This document shows positions 1-13,900 of a stretch of 64,000 bases of DNA, in pieces; position 1 is the stretch's first letter, and each line of letters begins with the position of its first letter. The DNA lies in NCBI GenBank assembly GCA_013239625.1, contig MU053933.1, forward strand, positions 1,552,001 through 1,616,000, written 5' to 3'. The notes under the pieces are model-generated. The model saw nothing but the letters and a program-made list of their open reading frames with translations. It did no database searches and had not been told where the DNA came from. The position numbers and the translations under genes were made by a program. This DNA comes from Lama guanicoe. Its lineage: Eukaryota.

Positions 1-1119
1 ACACCCAGGACCAGCACCAGCTAGCACACCTGAAGGAAGTGATACCTACCAGAGCAACAGTTCTAATAAAGGAGCCTGCAGCCGCCAAGCGGCACTGCAC
101 TGTGAAAGCGCCACATGACAGCCAAGCCCAGGCAGGAAGACGGGAGCAGAGGCGGGGAGGGGGGAGAAGGAAGGGCCCCCCAGGCGTGCCCTGACGCAGC
201 GAGCTAAGCACCAGCGTAACAAGAACACGGAGGCCAGATAAGACTTCTCAACCTCCCACCAGCAGCTTCTAAGAAGCAAGTCTCAGCCAGGGCTCCTGGC
301 AAGGGAGCTGTCCTCCTGATGTCACCCTGACCAAGGGTCAGCTTCACGTGGGCCTCAGGTGACACGAGGCTTCTTACCCCTCCAAGCATCACCACCACCA
401 GTTTCTCTCTTCCTTGCAACCTGAAGTTCCCTTAAAACATGAGAGAATTTCCTTACTTAACAACAGGTAAACTTAAAAACAGAAAAACCCAAACTCATTT
501 ATACAGGAGTGTAATTAGCTTAAGGGCCCACAGGGAGAGCCTATGCAATGTTTCAGGTGTCCTTTCACAGAGGTGAGCGCAGGACAATTACAGCAGAGGA
601 GCTTTTCGCCGAGGGCTGGAAACGCAGCAGCGGACCACAGATCAAACTTTGCTGACTCCATGGCTCGGCCCAGGGTGGCCCATTCACACCCACCTGGGGA
701 CAGTGCATTTGGTACACAGAGCTTCATACACATTCATACATAGAGTCACATTTATTTTAGGAGAAAAATGTCACTGAGCCTATGACACATGCTAAAACTG
801 CTTTATGTGATTTATAAACTCTGGGTTTTAATATCTGACTTCATCAGAATAGCAGCCTGGTTCCAAGACTCACTCTTCAGTCACTCAGGCAGTGGTGACA
901 TACGCAAAACTGTATCAGAGCATTTCCTTTCAGAATTCCAGCTTTTCTCAGAACTGAAGCGGGCTGTATTCCAATTAGTCTGTTTATGGCGGTTTTTCCA
1001 CTAGATCACAGGACTGTTGAGAATGACCATCAGAACTGCCTTCTATGGTCATATTTGGCGGTTTCAGACAAACATGGCCTGACACAGGGCTGCACAAACA
1101 GCACAATAATATCAAGAGA

Positions 1120-2700
1120 AACTTAAAAAAAATTCCATAATATCAAAATTAAGAAAATACCTTGGAATAAATTTAAGAAAATTAGTTTAAGAAAATAATA
1201 AATAAAAATAATGCTTTACAGTAAAAACTATAAGCATTATTAAGAAAAAGATCCAAATACATGGAAAGATAACACCATGTTCAGGGACTGAAAGACTCAG
1301 TATTGGTAAGATGGCAACTCTCCCCAAATGGATCTATGGATTCAATACCATCTCTATCAAAATTTCAGCAGGTTTTTTGCACAAAAGTGATCATCTGATT
1401 CTAAAATTCACATGGAAATGAAAAAAAAAAAGCCTGAAAAAGAAAAACAATGTTAGAGGACTAAGGCCATCTATTTTCAAAAAGAACTTGTAATAAAGCT
1501 ACAGGAATCAAACCAGTGCGGTACTGGCATGAGGATGGACACAGAGATCAATGAAACACCGACATTTATGGCAATCAATTTGAACAAAGTTGCCAAGGCA
1601 ATCCAATGGAAAAAGTAATCTGTTCCACAAAAGATGCTAAAACAAAAACAAAAACAAAAACAAAAACAAAAACAAAAACAAAAACACGCTAAAATAACTA
1701 GATACTCAAATGTGGAAAAAAATCAACTCAAAAATCAATCACAGACCTACATGTAAAGTTTCTAGAAGAAAATCTCTGTCATCTTGGGTCAGGCAAATAT
1801 TTATCAGATAGACAGCACAGCAAAACCACAACCCACTACAAAATTGTAAATTGAACATCAAAATTTAAAACTTTCTTTCTTCAAAAGACACCAATCAGAA
1901 AGTGGAAAGCCATGGACTAAAAGAAAATATTTCTATATCTCAAAAAGGACTTGCCTGCAGAATATATAAGGAACTCTTACAACTCAAAAAGAAAACAATC
2001 CAATTAAAAAGAGGCAAAAGAGCTAAATAAACACGTAACCAAAGAAAATACATGAATGGATAATAAACACATGAAAAGATGTTCAACAAAATTAGTTGTG
2101 AGGAAAATGCAAATTAAAACCACAAGATACCACTGTAGCCACTATAATCTAAAAGACCAACAACATCAAGTGCTCACAAGAATACGGAGAAAGCAGAACC
2201 ATCACACACCGCTGGGTGGAGTGCAGAATGTACACTCACTGTGGCACACAGCTAGTAGCTTCTCAGAAAGTTAACCATATACTTACCATACGACCCAGCA
2301 ATTCTACTCCTAGGTATCTCCCCCAAGAAAAATTAAAAAACATGTCCACACAAAGACTTGTACACAAATGTTCATAGCATGACCATTTCATAATGGTCAA
2401 AAACTGGAAATAACCTAAATGTTCATCAGCTGGTAAACGGATAATGAAATGTGGTTTATCCATCCAATGGAGTATTACCCAGCAATGAAAAGGAACAGAC
2501 AACCGATGTACGCTAACATGAACGAGCTTCCAAAACACTACACCAGACACAGAAGACTACACAGTGTACAGTTCCGTTTGTACAAAATATTCAAAAAAGG
2601 CAAATCTATAGAGACAGGAAGCAGATCAGTGGTTGCCTAAGGGCTGGGCAAGAGAACACGGACTAGCCGAAAACAGATACGTGATGGAAACGTTCTAAAA
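1120..2700 (+). mobile_element. Old L1 (L1M-type) ORF2 3' end and 3'UTR, decayed
   Basis: Typical L1 segments (ggattcaataccatctctatcaaaatt, aaacacatgaaaagatgttcaac, acccagcaattctactcctagg); remnant peptide KHMKRCSTKLVVRKMQIKTT. Confidence 0.85.
1639..1685 (+). repeat. (AAAAAC)n microsatellite, about 8 units
   Basis: Direct reading; sits inside the L1. Confidence 0.95.
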
Positions 2701-2709
2701 GTCGGCCAA

Positions 2710-2860
2710 GGAGGAAGGTACAGCCCAGTAGTAGGGCACATGCTTAGCATGCATGAGGTCCTGGGTTCAATCCCCAGTGTCTCCATTAAAATAAATAAAT
2801 AAACCTACCTACCTGCCCCACAAAACAAGCAAACAAACAAAACCTACGAAGCAAACAAAA
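2710..2860 (+). mobile_element. Camelid-type tRNA-derived SINE
   Basis: ggaaggtacagcccagtagtagggcacatgcttagcatgcatgaggtcctgggttcaatccccagtgtctccattaaaa plus A-rich tail. Confidence 0.85.
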
Positions 2861-5410
2861 AAAATCAGACAAAATCCAGCATTGACTCATGACAAAAATT
2901 CTCAACAAACTAGAAACAGAGAACTTTCTCAATCTGATGAAAAGCATCTACAAAAACCTACAGCTAAAATCGTGTTTATGTTTATAGTGCGGGAGGCGCA
3001 TAAGGGGCAGAGAGCGTACGGGAAACCCCTGTACTTGCCACTCAGTTTTGCTATAAACTTAAAACTTCTCTAAACAGCGAAGCCTGTCTTTTTTTAAATC
3101 AAACCTAATGGCTGAAGACTGAGATGAAGACCAAGGCAAGAATGTCTGCTCTCACCACTCTTATTTAACATAGTGCTGGAAGTTCCAAGCTGTGATAAGG
3201 CAAGAGAAAGAAAGAACAGCTACGCAGAGCATAAGGAAGAATCAGAAGTGACCCTATATGCAGATGACATGATTGTCTATATTAAAAAACCTCGAGGAAT
3301 TTACAAAAAAACTAGAACTCATAAGTGAGTTCAGCCAGGTCACAAGACAGAAGACCAACACGAAGAGCAATCTCATTTCACTAAAACCAGAAAAGTGGAA
3401 ACCGAAATTAAAAACACGACACGGTTTACAATTGCTCCAAAGAAAATTAAACACTTGGGTAAAAACCTAACAAAAGCTGTATGGAATCTGCATGCTGAAA
3501 ATTACAAAGTGCTTATGAAAGAAATTAAAAACCTACATAAATGAAAAGACATACTCTGTAGGGATTGAAAGACTCAACATAAGAAAGATACCAAATCTCC
3601 CCAAATGATCTCTAGATAGTGTAACACAATTCCTATCAAAATTCCAGCAAGACTCTTTGTAGACACAGTTGAGATTATAATTTTTTTATGGAAAAGGAAC
3701 ATGCTCAGACAACTTTGAAAGAGAAGAATTAAATGGGAAGAATGACTCTGCCCGATGTGAAGGCTCTCAGCGTGGCCACGGCCATCGGCACAGAGAGGTC
3801 CTGGTGGAAGAGCAGGCCCACGGCCCAGGACAGGCTCAGGTAAATACACCCACCTGACTGCTGCAAAGGAGCACAAGCGACTAAACACGTGAAAGCGGCT
3901 TTTCAGCCAATGGCGCTGCAGCAACTGGACAACCACTGGCCCCCGAACAAAGAACCTCAACATCAGTTCCCACCTTACACAAAAATTCACTCAGAATGGA
4001 ACACAAACGTGAAATGCGAATCTATAAAGCTGTCAGGACAAAAAGCGGAGAGAAACATCAGGACCGAGGGAGAGGGGAAAAGTCCTGACATGACGCACAG
4101 TACAGTCCGTGGAAGCAAGATCAACAAAGTGGACTCCATTCAAATTTAAAACTTCTGCTCCGAAAAACCCTGGGAAGAAGATGAAGACAAGCTGCAGACC
4201 GGGAGAAAACAGGCGCAATCGTATGCGCAGCAAAGGCCTTTAACCTGAAATCTATCAAGAACTCTTTAAATTCGACAGTAAAAAGAAAATCCAATTAGAA
4301 AACGCGCAAGAGACACAGACAGGTATTTCACAGGAGAGAACGCCCGGACGGACGCAGAACAAGCTCCCAGAATGCCCTTAGCCCACAGAGAGATGCAAAG
4401 TAAAACCACAGCACATCCTTCAGGACAGCTGAACCAAACAGCAGTGACAACAGCAGATGCTAACCGGGATGCGGAGGAAGCGACCTCTCACCGGTGCTGG
4501 TGAGAGCGTAAAAGGCTCCAGCCGCTCTGAAAAACAACTTGGTAATTCCTTGTAAAACTGAACATGCACCTACCACACAACCCAGCAGTGGCACTCTTGG
4601 GCATTTATCCCAGAGAAGTGAGAAAACACATTCACATGACCACCTATGCACAGATGCTCATGACACCTCCATTCACAGCAGCAAACAAAAATGGAAACAA
4701 CCCAGATGTCCTTCAGTGGAAGCACTGGTGAACAAACTGCGGTAGTTCCACGCCATGGAATACTACGCAACGGTAAAATGGAACAAACTATTCATACACG
4801 CAACAACTTGGTGGGATCTGAGTGCAAAAAGCCAGTATCAAAAGGTTCTACACTGAATTACTTCACTTTATGATATTCTTGAAATAACAAATTAGAGACA
4901 CTAACGTGTGGGGAGCAGCAGTTGCCGGGAGGCAGGCATGGGGAAGTGGGCGAGCGGGGCTGCACCGGGGCACTGGGGGGGCTTTGGGGAATGGAACAGC
5001 TCTGTATCTCGAGCGTGCAAGTGACTTCATGAATCTATACACGTGACAGAACCGCAAAGAGCTCTGCGCATACGCGTAAATGAGCACGTGCAAAACTGGC
5101 GAAATGCAAACAAGTCTAGGGAAGCTGGTGACGCCTTAGCAAGCCCTGCGGGCTGTGCCAGTGTCGGCTTCCTGGTTTACCGGGTTCTGTGGCTGTGAAC
5201 GCGACCACCACTGGGGGAAACTGGGTAACGGGCACTAAGCTTCCCTGGACTTTTTGCAGTTTTCTGTGACTCTACAGTTATTTCAAAAAACAAATCTTAA
5301 AAAACAAACTGGATTGGGGGGATAGTTGTACAACTGCATAACTCTACTAAAAATGATCGAACTATACTTTTACAATAGACGAATTTTATTGTATACAAAA
5401 TATACCTCAA
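2860..5410 (+). mobile_element. Old L1 ORF2 fragments and 3'UTR, decayed
   Basis: RT-region remnants (caagaatgtctgctctcaccactcttatttaacatagtgctggaagtt; gcagatgacatgattgtcta = ADDMIV) and a 3' end tatacctcaataaagctg. Confidence 0.85.
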
Positions 5411-7863
5411 TAAAGCTGTTTTTTAAAGAAGAAACAATAATCAAACCCTAATGTATTACCTAAAACGAATATTCATCATGACAGAGTATCAAGCACAAAC
5501 TTTTCAAGATTCCTTCAAAATCCTTCTGGAGTTCATTTCTGATTTTAACTGAACTATACTACCAGTAAATTTTTCTTTTAAAAGTTTCCTGAAATAATAA
5601 ACAGGAAGTTGTTGCAAAGATTCTATATTATCACAAAAGTAGCAACTCCTTCCTAACAAATTCAAAAAAAACTTTAACAATAAAAGTAGCAGTCCATATT
5701 TAAGCTAGATTATTGACTATGAAAGATGTTGTCCCAAGGAAACAACAGACGATGAAGGCACAGGCGAGCCCCAGAAACGCAGCTCCTCAGAGAGCATGGG
5801 GTGACGCTGCGCACCGTCTGTGACAAGTCCGCACATGGGAAAGCCCGGTCCGGCACTAAAAAAGCCTGCCAGCAGAGGCTCTGTGGAAAGCCTCACCCAA
5901 CCTCACAGTAACGGTACAGCTCTCAAAAGAAATTCAGACATCCCCCAACAGTTCCACTGGCCCACTCTTCTCTCAAGTTCAAAGGTGCTACAGCCAGGAT
6001 TCTCCGCCTCAAGCCCTTGGGTCACATCAAGGCCCAGAGAGCCTCTTCCATGGATGGCATTCCATCACCACCAGGAGCCAGCTCAACAGAGGCACGACCC
6101 GAGCTTCCCTTGTCTCACTGACCAGTCCCTGGGGGTCAGGCACTGCTTCTCGGCCAGCATGCTTCTTCATGACTTTGAGTCCACACTCTTTTCTGATTTT
6201 TCCTCACATGCTGGACTCAGTGCCTTCTGCCTTCTCCCTAACGACTTGTACACAAACTGAAGTACTTAATAGCAATACTCAAGCTTGGGATCCAGTCTCT
6301 GGATTCTTTTCTGGTTCCTCAATTCTAAAATAAGCTTCCAGAGTCCAGCATCACGATCTGTGGACCTGGGCAGAGGCCACAGAGCAGGCTACAGAGAAGG
6401 CCACTGCCAGCTGTCCACAGCAGGAAGAGACAGGGCCTCGTCACAGCCAACTCGTAGGGGCGCCCACCTGTATTAAGTTGGTGGGACTATTAAACAGGAA
6501 ACTTAACTGGAAATAGGAAATAGTTTAACCTAAAATATTCCCTGAAATATTAACCTAACCTAAAATATAACCTAAAATATTAAAATAAATACTTAAATGC
6601 AGGTCGCGTGTCTGGGCAGAACACGCTGGTGACCTGGCACCGCTCTCCCACAGCCATTTTCTTCCTTCTGGCACTTTACCAGAATGGCTTATTTTTAAGC
6701 ACTACATCTAAAATGCCAACAAAACATGCATTTTCCTACGCTTATCAATTTAAAAATAGGAAATCTAAGATTCTGTCCAATTTAAGCTTCAACCTTAATG
6801 AGGATGTCTCCATTCTAAGGACGTACTAACCTCATGGAGCGCATTGTTAACACTTATCAATTCCTTCAGACCACGAGACTTTTAAGTCCAGACAAATTAA
6901 GCATGCGTCCCTCTTAGTTTGTCATGATCTAAATAGAATACGGCAGAGCTAAAATTTCAGCTTTCGATATGTGACATTCAACCTAACTCAGTTTTGAGAC
7001 TAACACTCTTTCCCTAATCTTTTCTACTTGCTCAACATTAAAATTTATTTTAAAAAAAATCCACCAGTTTTGGAAACCCTCCACTGCAGCCACAAACATT
7101 CAGAGCTCCTTCACGTGAGGAGGGGGTATGAAACAAAGCTTAGAACACAGGCAGTGGGACCCTGGAGCAGCTACCTAACACTCCTGCAGGCGACCAGAAC
7201 CGGCTGGCGTGGTTGTGCTGGGAGAGGCCCGGAGACGCAGGCCAGCAGCTGGCCACTGCAGCACCCAGCACGCCGCACACAGGAGCCGCGGTTACTCATG
7301 CTACTATTTCACTGTTCAGAAATGAAAATACTCTCATACGCCAATTTTTACCAGAAGTGGCAGAACGGTTCTGAGAGAGCTGTTCTGAGAGAGTAAGGGA
7401 AGAGGAGCTAATGCTCTTCTAAGAGAAGAGGAAATACTTTATTCCATACAAAAAAATGTGTAATTTTAAAGAAATATTATTAGTCTCCCCAAATATTAAA
7501 ATAAAATATAATTGGTTATTTCTAAAACATCAGTACATGATCTCCTAAGTTAATTACAAATATTCCTATTTAATATATCTCTCTGATTATAAATCATTAT
7601 GTGCATTATTTTTCCAAGATTCTTATTATAGTATGAATTTTAACGTATGAGTGGTCTTTCAAACATAAATATTAACGGTAACGATTTAAAATAATCTCCA
7701 CATTAAATGGTTGCAAAATCCCAACGATCAACTGTTTTCCAACCCACAGAGATACGTGCACTTAAAAACGCTGATTCTGGAGGCCAAGGGCTAGACTGGC
7801 CAGCAGCACCCCGTGGACACGGCCACACGCTGGCCTTCCAGCAGCCACCAGCGAGCTTCGTAC

Positions 7864-7967
7864 CTTCTTCTCCCTCAGGCTGTCCGCCTGCACAGACTCC
7901 AGGCGGGCTTTGAAGTGCTCACGGTCCATCCTCAGTTGCTCTAATTCTTGCTCTTTCCTTTCCAGGT
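7864..7967 (-). CDS. HSF2BP: HSF2BP third coding exon (104 nt)
   Basis: Acceptor ctctttcttgtag, donor gtacga; encodes (N)LERKEQELEQLRMDREHFKARLESVQADSLREKK. Confidence 0.95.
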
Positions 7968-10900
7968 CTACAAGAAAGAGACATAAAAATACTCAGTATT
8001 TCAGATCACAGCTCTCCCCTAATATCCATGTTGCTTCATCTTCTCTTAGAAAAACCTTCTTTCTGAGGTAGAATTATTTGCATAACCAGTCCTTGAATAA
8101 CCAATATTCTACAAGTCCTGCTTTTTAAGTTTTTGTTAGTTTTTAGCTCATAGCAGTGAGCACTTTTTTGTTTTCTGTTTTACACTTTTAAGACTTCATT
8201 TTACTGCCAGACTTGCACACTAAGGTTTTAAGAAAGTATGTTATTTCAAGGGCTGAAGGCAGGGCTGAGAGCCCGACTGTCTCATGGCACAGATCTGTAC
8301 CTGCTCCATTAAAGCAGGAGGCAGCTCACTGAGGGGCCGGGGCCAGCCGGGGCTGAGCCACAAAGCTAGTCTCGCCACCTGGCAGACTGACTCGGTGGAA
8401 CAGCTGCAGGAGTCAGTGGGGGAGTGAAAGCAACGGGGATGGAGACACGGAAAGGCCACAGGGAAAGGCGGGGACTACTGAACGTGCCCTCTCCACCTCA
8501 TGCGCGTAGGCGATGATTCCAACAGCCCACGAAAATCCCAGAAGACACTCCTGTTAATCTGAAATCAAAAGTATTATCCACTTTAAATTAAAAATACCAT
8601 GCTACAGAAATACTGACATTCAAAAAGCAAAGGAACAAAGTTTTACGTGCCTTGGTTTTGAGGATATCATCAGTTTTTATGCAAACAGAATTTAACAAGA
8701 CCTGGGGGGCAGTGTGCTCAGAGCTACTGCTGTAACTGCTTAAGTAAAGTAGCAATGCTTGAGGACAATGATTCCCAGCTCTACCGGACATCAGAATCCC
8801 CTGAAGACTTGTTATAACACAGCCTGCGCAGCCCCATCCTCACACTTTCTGATCCAGAAGGCCTGAGGTGGGCTTGAGAATCTGCATTTCTAACAAGTTC
8901 CCAGGTGAGGCTGATACTGCTGGCCTGGGAACAGACGCTGAGGACCGCTGCTTCAGGACGACAGCCCAGCCCAGCGTCTCATCACTAACAAAATGCAATC
9001 AACACACAACTGGCGACAGCAAACAGGGGAACCCAGTGCTAGGAATGAGAAAAAGCGTAAAAATGGAGGGGGGTGAAAGGCAGGCTGCCGTGAGCGCCTC
9101 AAAGGGCAGAGGCTGGAAAACAGGACAGCACTCCGCCCTGAAGGAGAAGGCTCACAGACACTTCCTCCAGTGCAGCGCAGACACGAGAGGAGGGGCGCGG
9201 CTTTACGACCTGGGGGTCTGGGCCTCAAGGAAACTCAGCTGGGGTGGGGGTGGGTGTTAGTGCCACGAACAATGAACAATGAATGCAGGGAGCCTACGTT
9301 TTCTAGGTACCCTTTGCCCTAGAAGGAAGATCAGAACCTAAAGCCATACATTCAGTTAAGACCTTGAAATGGCTGGCAAAGCTTCCTTTAAAATGTGTTT
9401 CTTTGACACTACGCTGAAGTGACACAAGACCATTTCTTCTCCCTGAAGTCAGGTCTCCGTGCTTTTATGATGTATTACGCCACTGCATGACTTTCACCAG
9501 GATTCTTGACTTTGTCCCACTAATCCTGGCCACCCGCGAAATCAACTATACCAATCAAGCGCTATGCTTTGAAAACTAAGTATCTGCCTTTTGTAACAAC
9601 GTTAAATGAAAACACATATAATTACAAGTGAAATATGAACTGCAAACGGTCGCAGGCAAAAAGAAAAAATTTTTTAAAGCTAAGGTAAGATCATTGACGG
9701 CATAAAACTGTTTCTTTGCAGTTAACTTTTCATTTTTTCTTCTATTATTAAACTGTATGGTGCTCAAACGTGGTACAAGCCTTAGGGATAAAAATATGAA
9801 GGAATTAATTAAGACCACCCAAAAAACTCTTTCATTATGTTAATTTCATAATCTCTCTCTCTACATAGCTGCTTATGACCTTATTATAAGTTATCATAAC
9901 AAAGGGACAGGGTTAAACAGTCTCACCCTGCCCCACCACCCACCCCAGCTCTCCAGAAGGCAAGTGCCTTTGTGCTGTCCGAGGTCACCGCCGTGTGGCC
10001 AGATGGGAGCACTGCTGCCGCCTCCAGACAAAACTCCCTCCTTGCATTTTTGACTTGGCCAGGGCTTACCTGCTACCTAAACTACATGAGGGCAAGGATC
10101 GTCATGGGTCCTGATCCATCTCAAATGCCTAGAACAGTACATGGCACCTAGTAGGCACTCAATAAATATTTGCCATGTAAATGAATTTCATTTCTTTATT
10201 CCTTCCACTAATCCTTGGATAGAGGAAAAAACACGACTGTTTTGATTATATGTCTCTTCTATAACAAGGATATGTAGCTTTTGCAATTTTTTAAAAATCA
10301 GGGACAGAATGATTTTTTACGGACAGTGAATGATACATCATATATGAGTAAGACGTTATCTTACCCAGCCTCAGTACTAGAACAGGAAGGGGCTGGCACC
10401 CAGCCTGGACTGTATTTCAACTCCTAAGTTTAAGCACTCAAAAACAAAGGAGAAATCTGTTACCTGTTAACTGAATGAAAGGGTGGCCTAAACAGACTAC
10501 CAACACACAGAAACAATCTAAATCACAGGCCACCTCAACATCTCTGTATCTTCTGAAATTTACTTTTCTGATGGTATTAATTACATGACAGTGGCTATCA
10601 GCTCATTCACAGGCAGGATACAGAGAGCCATAGATGAGAAGCAGGGCTACTGAAACCCAGTGAAAGAAATTTACACTATAAAAAAAAGGAATCAATGTCT
10701 CCTGCCCTTTCTTTATCATCTGGCATGTTTATAATGTTATTATTTATATTAATACATTATCAGATAATTCATGTTAATATGAAAATGTTAATTAAAATAG
10801 CTCAGTAAGGAGTCTCAAATCCAAAATAAAGGCTTTTTAAGCAATCAACTTCTGGCTTCTTATCACTAACAAGCTTAGAAAAGAATTTAGAATTACGTAC

Positions 10901-13900
10901 TGATGGATTCCTTCTTTACTTTGAGCTGCGATTTGAAGGGTGTATTAGTTCCCCAGATCAGACATAACAAAGTACCACAAACTGGGTGACTTAGAGCAGA
11001 AACGCGTTCTCTCACAGTTCTGGAGGCTACAGTTGGAAATCGAGGTGCCGGCAGGGCCTCGCTCCCTCTGAAATCTGTGACCCTTTCCTGCCTCGTTCCC
11101 CCTCGGGTAGCCCCAGGTGCTCCTGGGTTTGCGGCAGTGTGCTCCCACCCCGCCTCTGCCTGTTTGGCTTCCCCCATCTCTCCATGTTACCTTCCCTTTG
11201 TGGGTGTCCGTCTGTGTGTCCAAATTCCCTCCTTTTATAAGGACACCAGTCATACTGGGTTAGGGCCCACCCCAAAGACCTGATCCTAATTTAACCAGCC
11301 TTCAAAAAAGTAAGTTAAAAAAGTGAAAGGATGAGAATATTCCAGGACTCATTTGAAAAAAAAAAACCTCTCAGTTAAAGAGCTTAAATGCATTTCCAGG
11401 CAAACAACACTAATTAGCTGTCAAAATTTTAAAACAAACCTAAGGGATGCGGAGGAGATTTGAAACCAGAATATGGAAATACCGTTTTTTTCCTGCACTG
11501 CCAAAAATCTGCTGCTTTTTCTAACGTAAAGGCCACTGGAACACTCTTACAAGAGAAACAAAACGTGTGACTAATAGGAATCTGTCCTCCCCTGGCGCTG
11601 CCAATGTACCTGCACCACCTTTTCCCATCTCCACGGTGGCGCGCAGCCTGCTTGTGAACTGCCAGGGAAAGGATCCCATCTTACCCTTGTTATATGCCCA
11701 CATTACCCAGCGGACCTTGGCAAATGCGTCATACTGAGAATACCTGCCTGCCTGATTTATCAACTGAATTCTACCACAAAACACTAAGATCAATCTTGCT
11801 GAACCCAAATGAACCAGAGTCAGGGACCTGTGCTTTTCATCTACTGACATACAAACAGAATGCTGGCTGGGCAGGAGCGGTACATTCAAGTAATGGATGT
11901 CTTGACTACCTTTCTCCTTCTCTGTCCCTAGACCCCCGTGTCTGTCTCCCCCTTCCCAGGCCCTGCCTTCTGGACAGTCCCCACATGCCCTTCAGATCTG
12001 CTCTCACCCTGCTCTGCCCCAGGAGGCTCAGTCAGCACCCACAGCAACCGGGCTTCCCTCCTGTGGCTTCCTGTTGGATCTGCACAGTGACGGCCCCCAC
12101 AGGAAACGAGGACAGGAGGCAGATGGGACTTCTACCTGCCCACTGAGTCACCCGCGCCAGGTTCAAGCAGCAGTGACCTTCTCCTCCCAGCTGAGGCCCT
12201 GGTCCTACCAGCACCCGGCCCCCTGCTGGTCCGGAAGCTCCCTGGGAGACCACAGGGCCCCACTCTTACGGTCCCCTAAACCCTGGCCCACGCCTGTCTG
12301 TCATCCCTTCACCACTCTCAGTCTCCCCTTCCGTCGCCTTCCAGGACTTGGATTGACACACTCTGATATTATCGAATTTGGGCCACAATACATAAACTTC
12401 AGGTCAAATTAAATAATCTCTTCTTGGCACCCATTCTTCAATGATTATCCCATCCTTCATCAATTATCTCTCCCGTTCATGTTTCTACCGGCCAGAATAA
12501 TTCCTCGCTAAGCTGAAACAGAGGTCTACTCTCTTCTCATTAATATCAGGCTGCTGGGAAATTAATCTCAAAACCCCTACAACTGCTTCAGAAATCATGC
12601 AGTGCAGTGCTTCTCAAACCCCACTGCTAAGAACCCAAGGCCTCAGGGATGCTCATGGTTCTGTAAATCTTTAATTAGTATTTCCATTTTATAGTAAGTT
12701 TTTAATCATTTTATTTGGAAGTAATTTCAAGCTTACAAAATGTCGTATAAATAAAAATACTACAAAGAATACCCACACACCCTTTACCCTGACTTACCTA
12801 CCGTCAACACTTCTCCACATTTGCTCATCACTTGCACACACACGATACATTTTTTTCAGCCAGTTTAGGGTAAGTTACATATATTGTGGCCCTCTATTTC
12901 TAAATACGTCAGTGAATATTTTCTAAGAATAGGGATAATGTCTTAGGTACCCAGTATACAGTTGTCAACTCCAGGAAAATTAATATTAATACATTTATCT
13001 AACCTACCACGAACATTAGAAATTTTGTCAAATGACCTAAAATTGCCTTTTGCAGCATTCTCTCCCCCCAAGGTACAGCACCCAGTCTAAGGTCAGGTAT
13101 TGGCATTTAACTGTCATGTAGCTTTACTCCCCCTTTAATTTGGAACATCTCCATAACCTGTCTTTTCTGTATGACCTCAAACAATATATTTTTAACAACT
13201 TAAAAATCATAATACCACATGCAGAAGAACTTCCACTTCCAGCTAGCACGGTGGTACAGCAGATCAGTCTTCCCTAGAGAATAACCAAAAAGTGGAATTT
13301 GAACAAACCAAAAAAACTGTTTCAAGGTAACAGAGTTACCAAGTCACGCAGGCCTTGGGAGCCAAGACCCAGAGAAGAAGGAAACGCATTTAAGTGAGTG
13401 AGCTCCACTTTCTCCCCCACTCTTCCCCAAAGCATCTGCATATTCAAGTTTTTTAGTCTTTATCCTAAGAGCAAGGAGAAGCCACTGGAAGCTGACTTAA
13501 GCAGACTGGCTTGCTAAAAATTCTTCAAGCTGTGGTATACAGAATGGACTGGCGAGGGGCAATGAGTGGACACTCTGAGGAAGCAGAGATTCAGACAAAA
13601 TGGCAGGGCCTGGACACAGGTGAAGGCAGTGGCAACGGAGGCGGGCTGACAAATTCTGGATGCAGCCATGAAGGAAAGGGCACAGGACTTACTGGCAGAG
13701 GGGCTGGGGGTGGAAGGGAAGTGAATAGTGAGAGGAGGGGTGAGCAACAAGGAGGATCCCAGGTCTCTGTCTGGATGGGGGTGCCCTGGGGAGGCTGAGA
13801 AAGCCCAGTGTCCAGTGGAGTGGGGAAGGGAAACTTGCTAGGCTGGGATACAAGACACATAAAGCTGGCCACCAAGTTAATGGGAAACAGTATTTCTCCC

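Noticed and set aside
46..420. Next HSF2BP coding exon near the window start
   Set aside because: Splice-like motifs exist on the minus strand, but I saw no frame encoding the expected EKLALRQQL... sequence; that exon probably lies outside the window.
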